DNA from: a virus
Taxonomy: Duplodnaviria > Caudoviricetes
IMG/VR virus record: IMGVR_UViG_3300029775_000298
DNA: 25,999 nt
Direction: 5' to 3' (one strand)
Part shown: positions 25,853 to 25,999 of the stretch, one piece after another
How positions within the stretch are numbered: the stretch's first letter is position 1
Layout: every line of letters begins with the position of its first letter
The notes under the pieces: model-generated
What the model was told of the DNA's origin: nothing
Seen by the model: only the letters and a program-made list of their open reading frames with translations
The model's database searches: none
Translations under genes and position numbers: made by a program

Positions 25853-25999
25853 ATGCAAGAAAAATATATAGAGCAAAAATTGATAGCAGCAGTTAAAAAC
25901 ATGGGAGGCATTGCCCCGAAGTTTGTAAGTCCAGGGTTTAATGGTATGCCAGACCGCCTTGTGCTGCTTCCTATGGGCAGAATCGCATTTATTGAATTA
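25853..25999 (+). CDS. VRR-NUC domain nuclease (partial, runs off the window)
   Basis: MQEKYIEQKLIAAVKNMGGIAPKFVSPGFNGMPDRLVLLPMGRIAFIEL; RBS GGAGG; not in the ORF track. Confidence 0.88.
   Translation, partial: MQEKYIEQKLIAAVKNMGGIAPKFVSPGFNGMPDRLVLLPMGRIAFIEL

Larger units (their letters stand above)
13344..25999. mobile_element. Left part of a phage-like integrative element (rlmD-targeting type)
   Basis: R-M remnant right after the att, then ImmA-like, sigma r4, Rha, VirE and VRR-NUC genes. Confidence 0.65.

Overview
Low-GC Firmicute (Clostridia-like) accessory DNA. All credible genes are on the + strand. The window is best read as the junction of two tandem integrative elements at an rlmD/rumA-type attachment site: an orphan 3' tail encoding HVECVVLMSRVEK* lies at 13302-13343. 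Left element (1-~13301): a lipoprotein/membrane/zinc-ribbon operon, then a ~1 kb ORF-free region folding into a ~370-nt multi-helix RNA preceded by a boxA-like signal, then an orphan MazF/PemK toxin, a SHOCT-like small protein, a triple large-serine-recombinase module and three cargo genes bracketed by two copies of a ~56-bp palindrome. Right element (~13344-end): an AbrB-like regulator and a truncated C5 DNA methyltransferase, a two-component system plus FtsX-type ABC transporter, an ImmA/IrrE-HTH fusion, a structured leader, and a phage-like regulation/replication module (sigma-70 region 4 protein, Rha, DUF4406-like, nuclease-like, VirE primase-helicase, VRR-NUC). The best candidate for an undescribed system is the large structured RNA + orphan MazF + SHOCT + triple recombinase unit. 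All family assignments are from motif recognition by eye; no searches were run.
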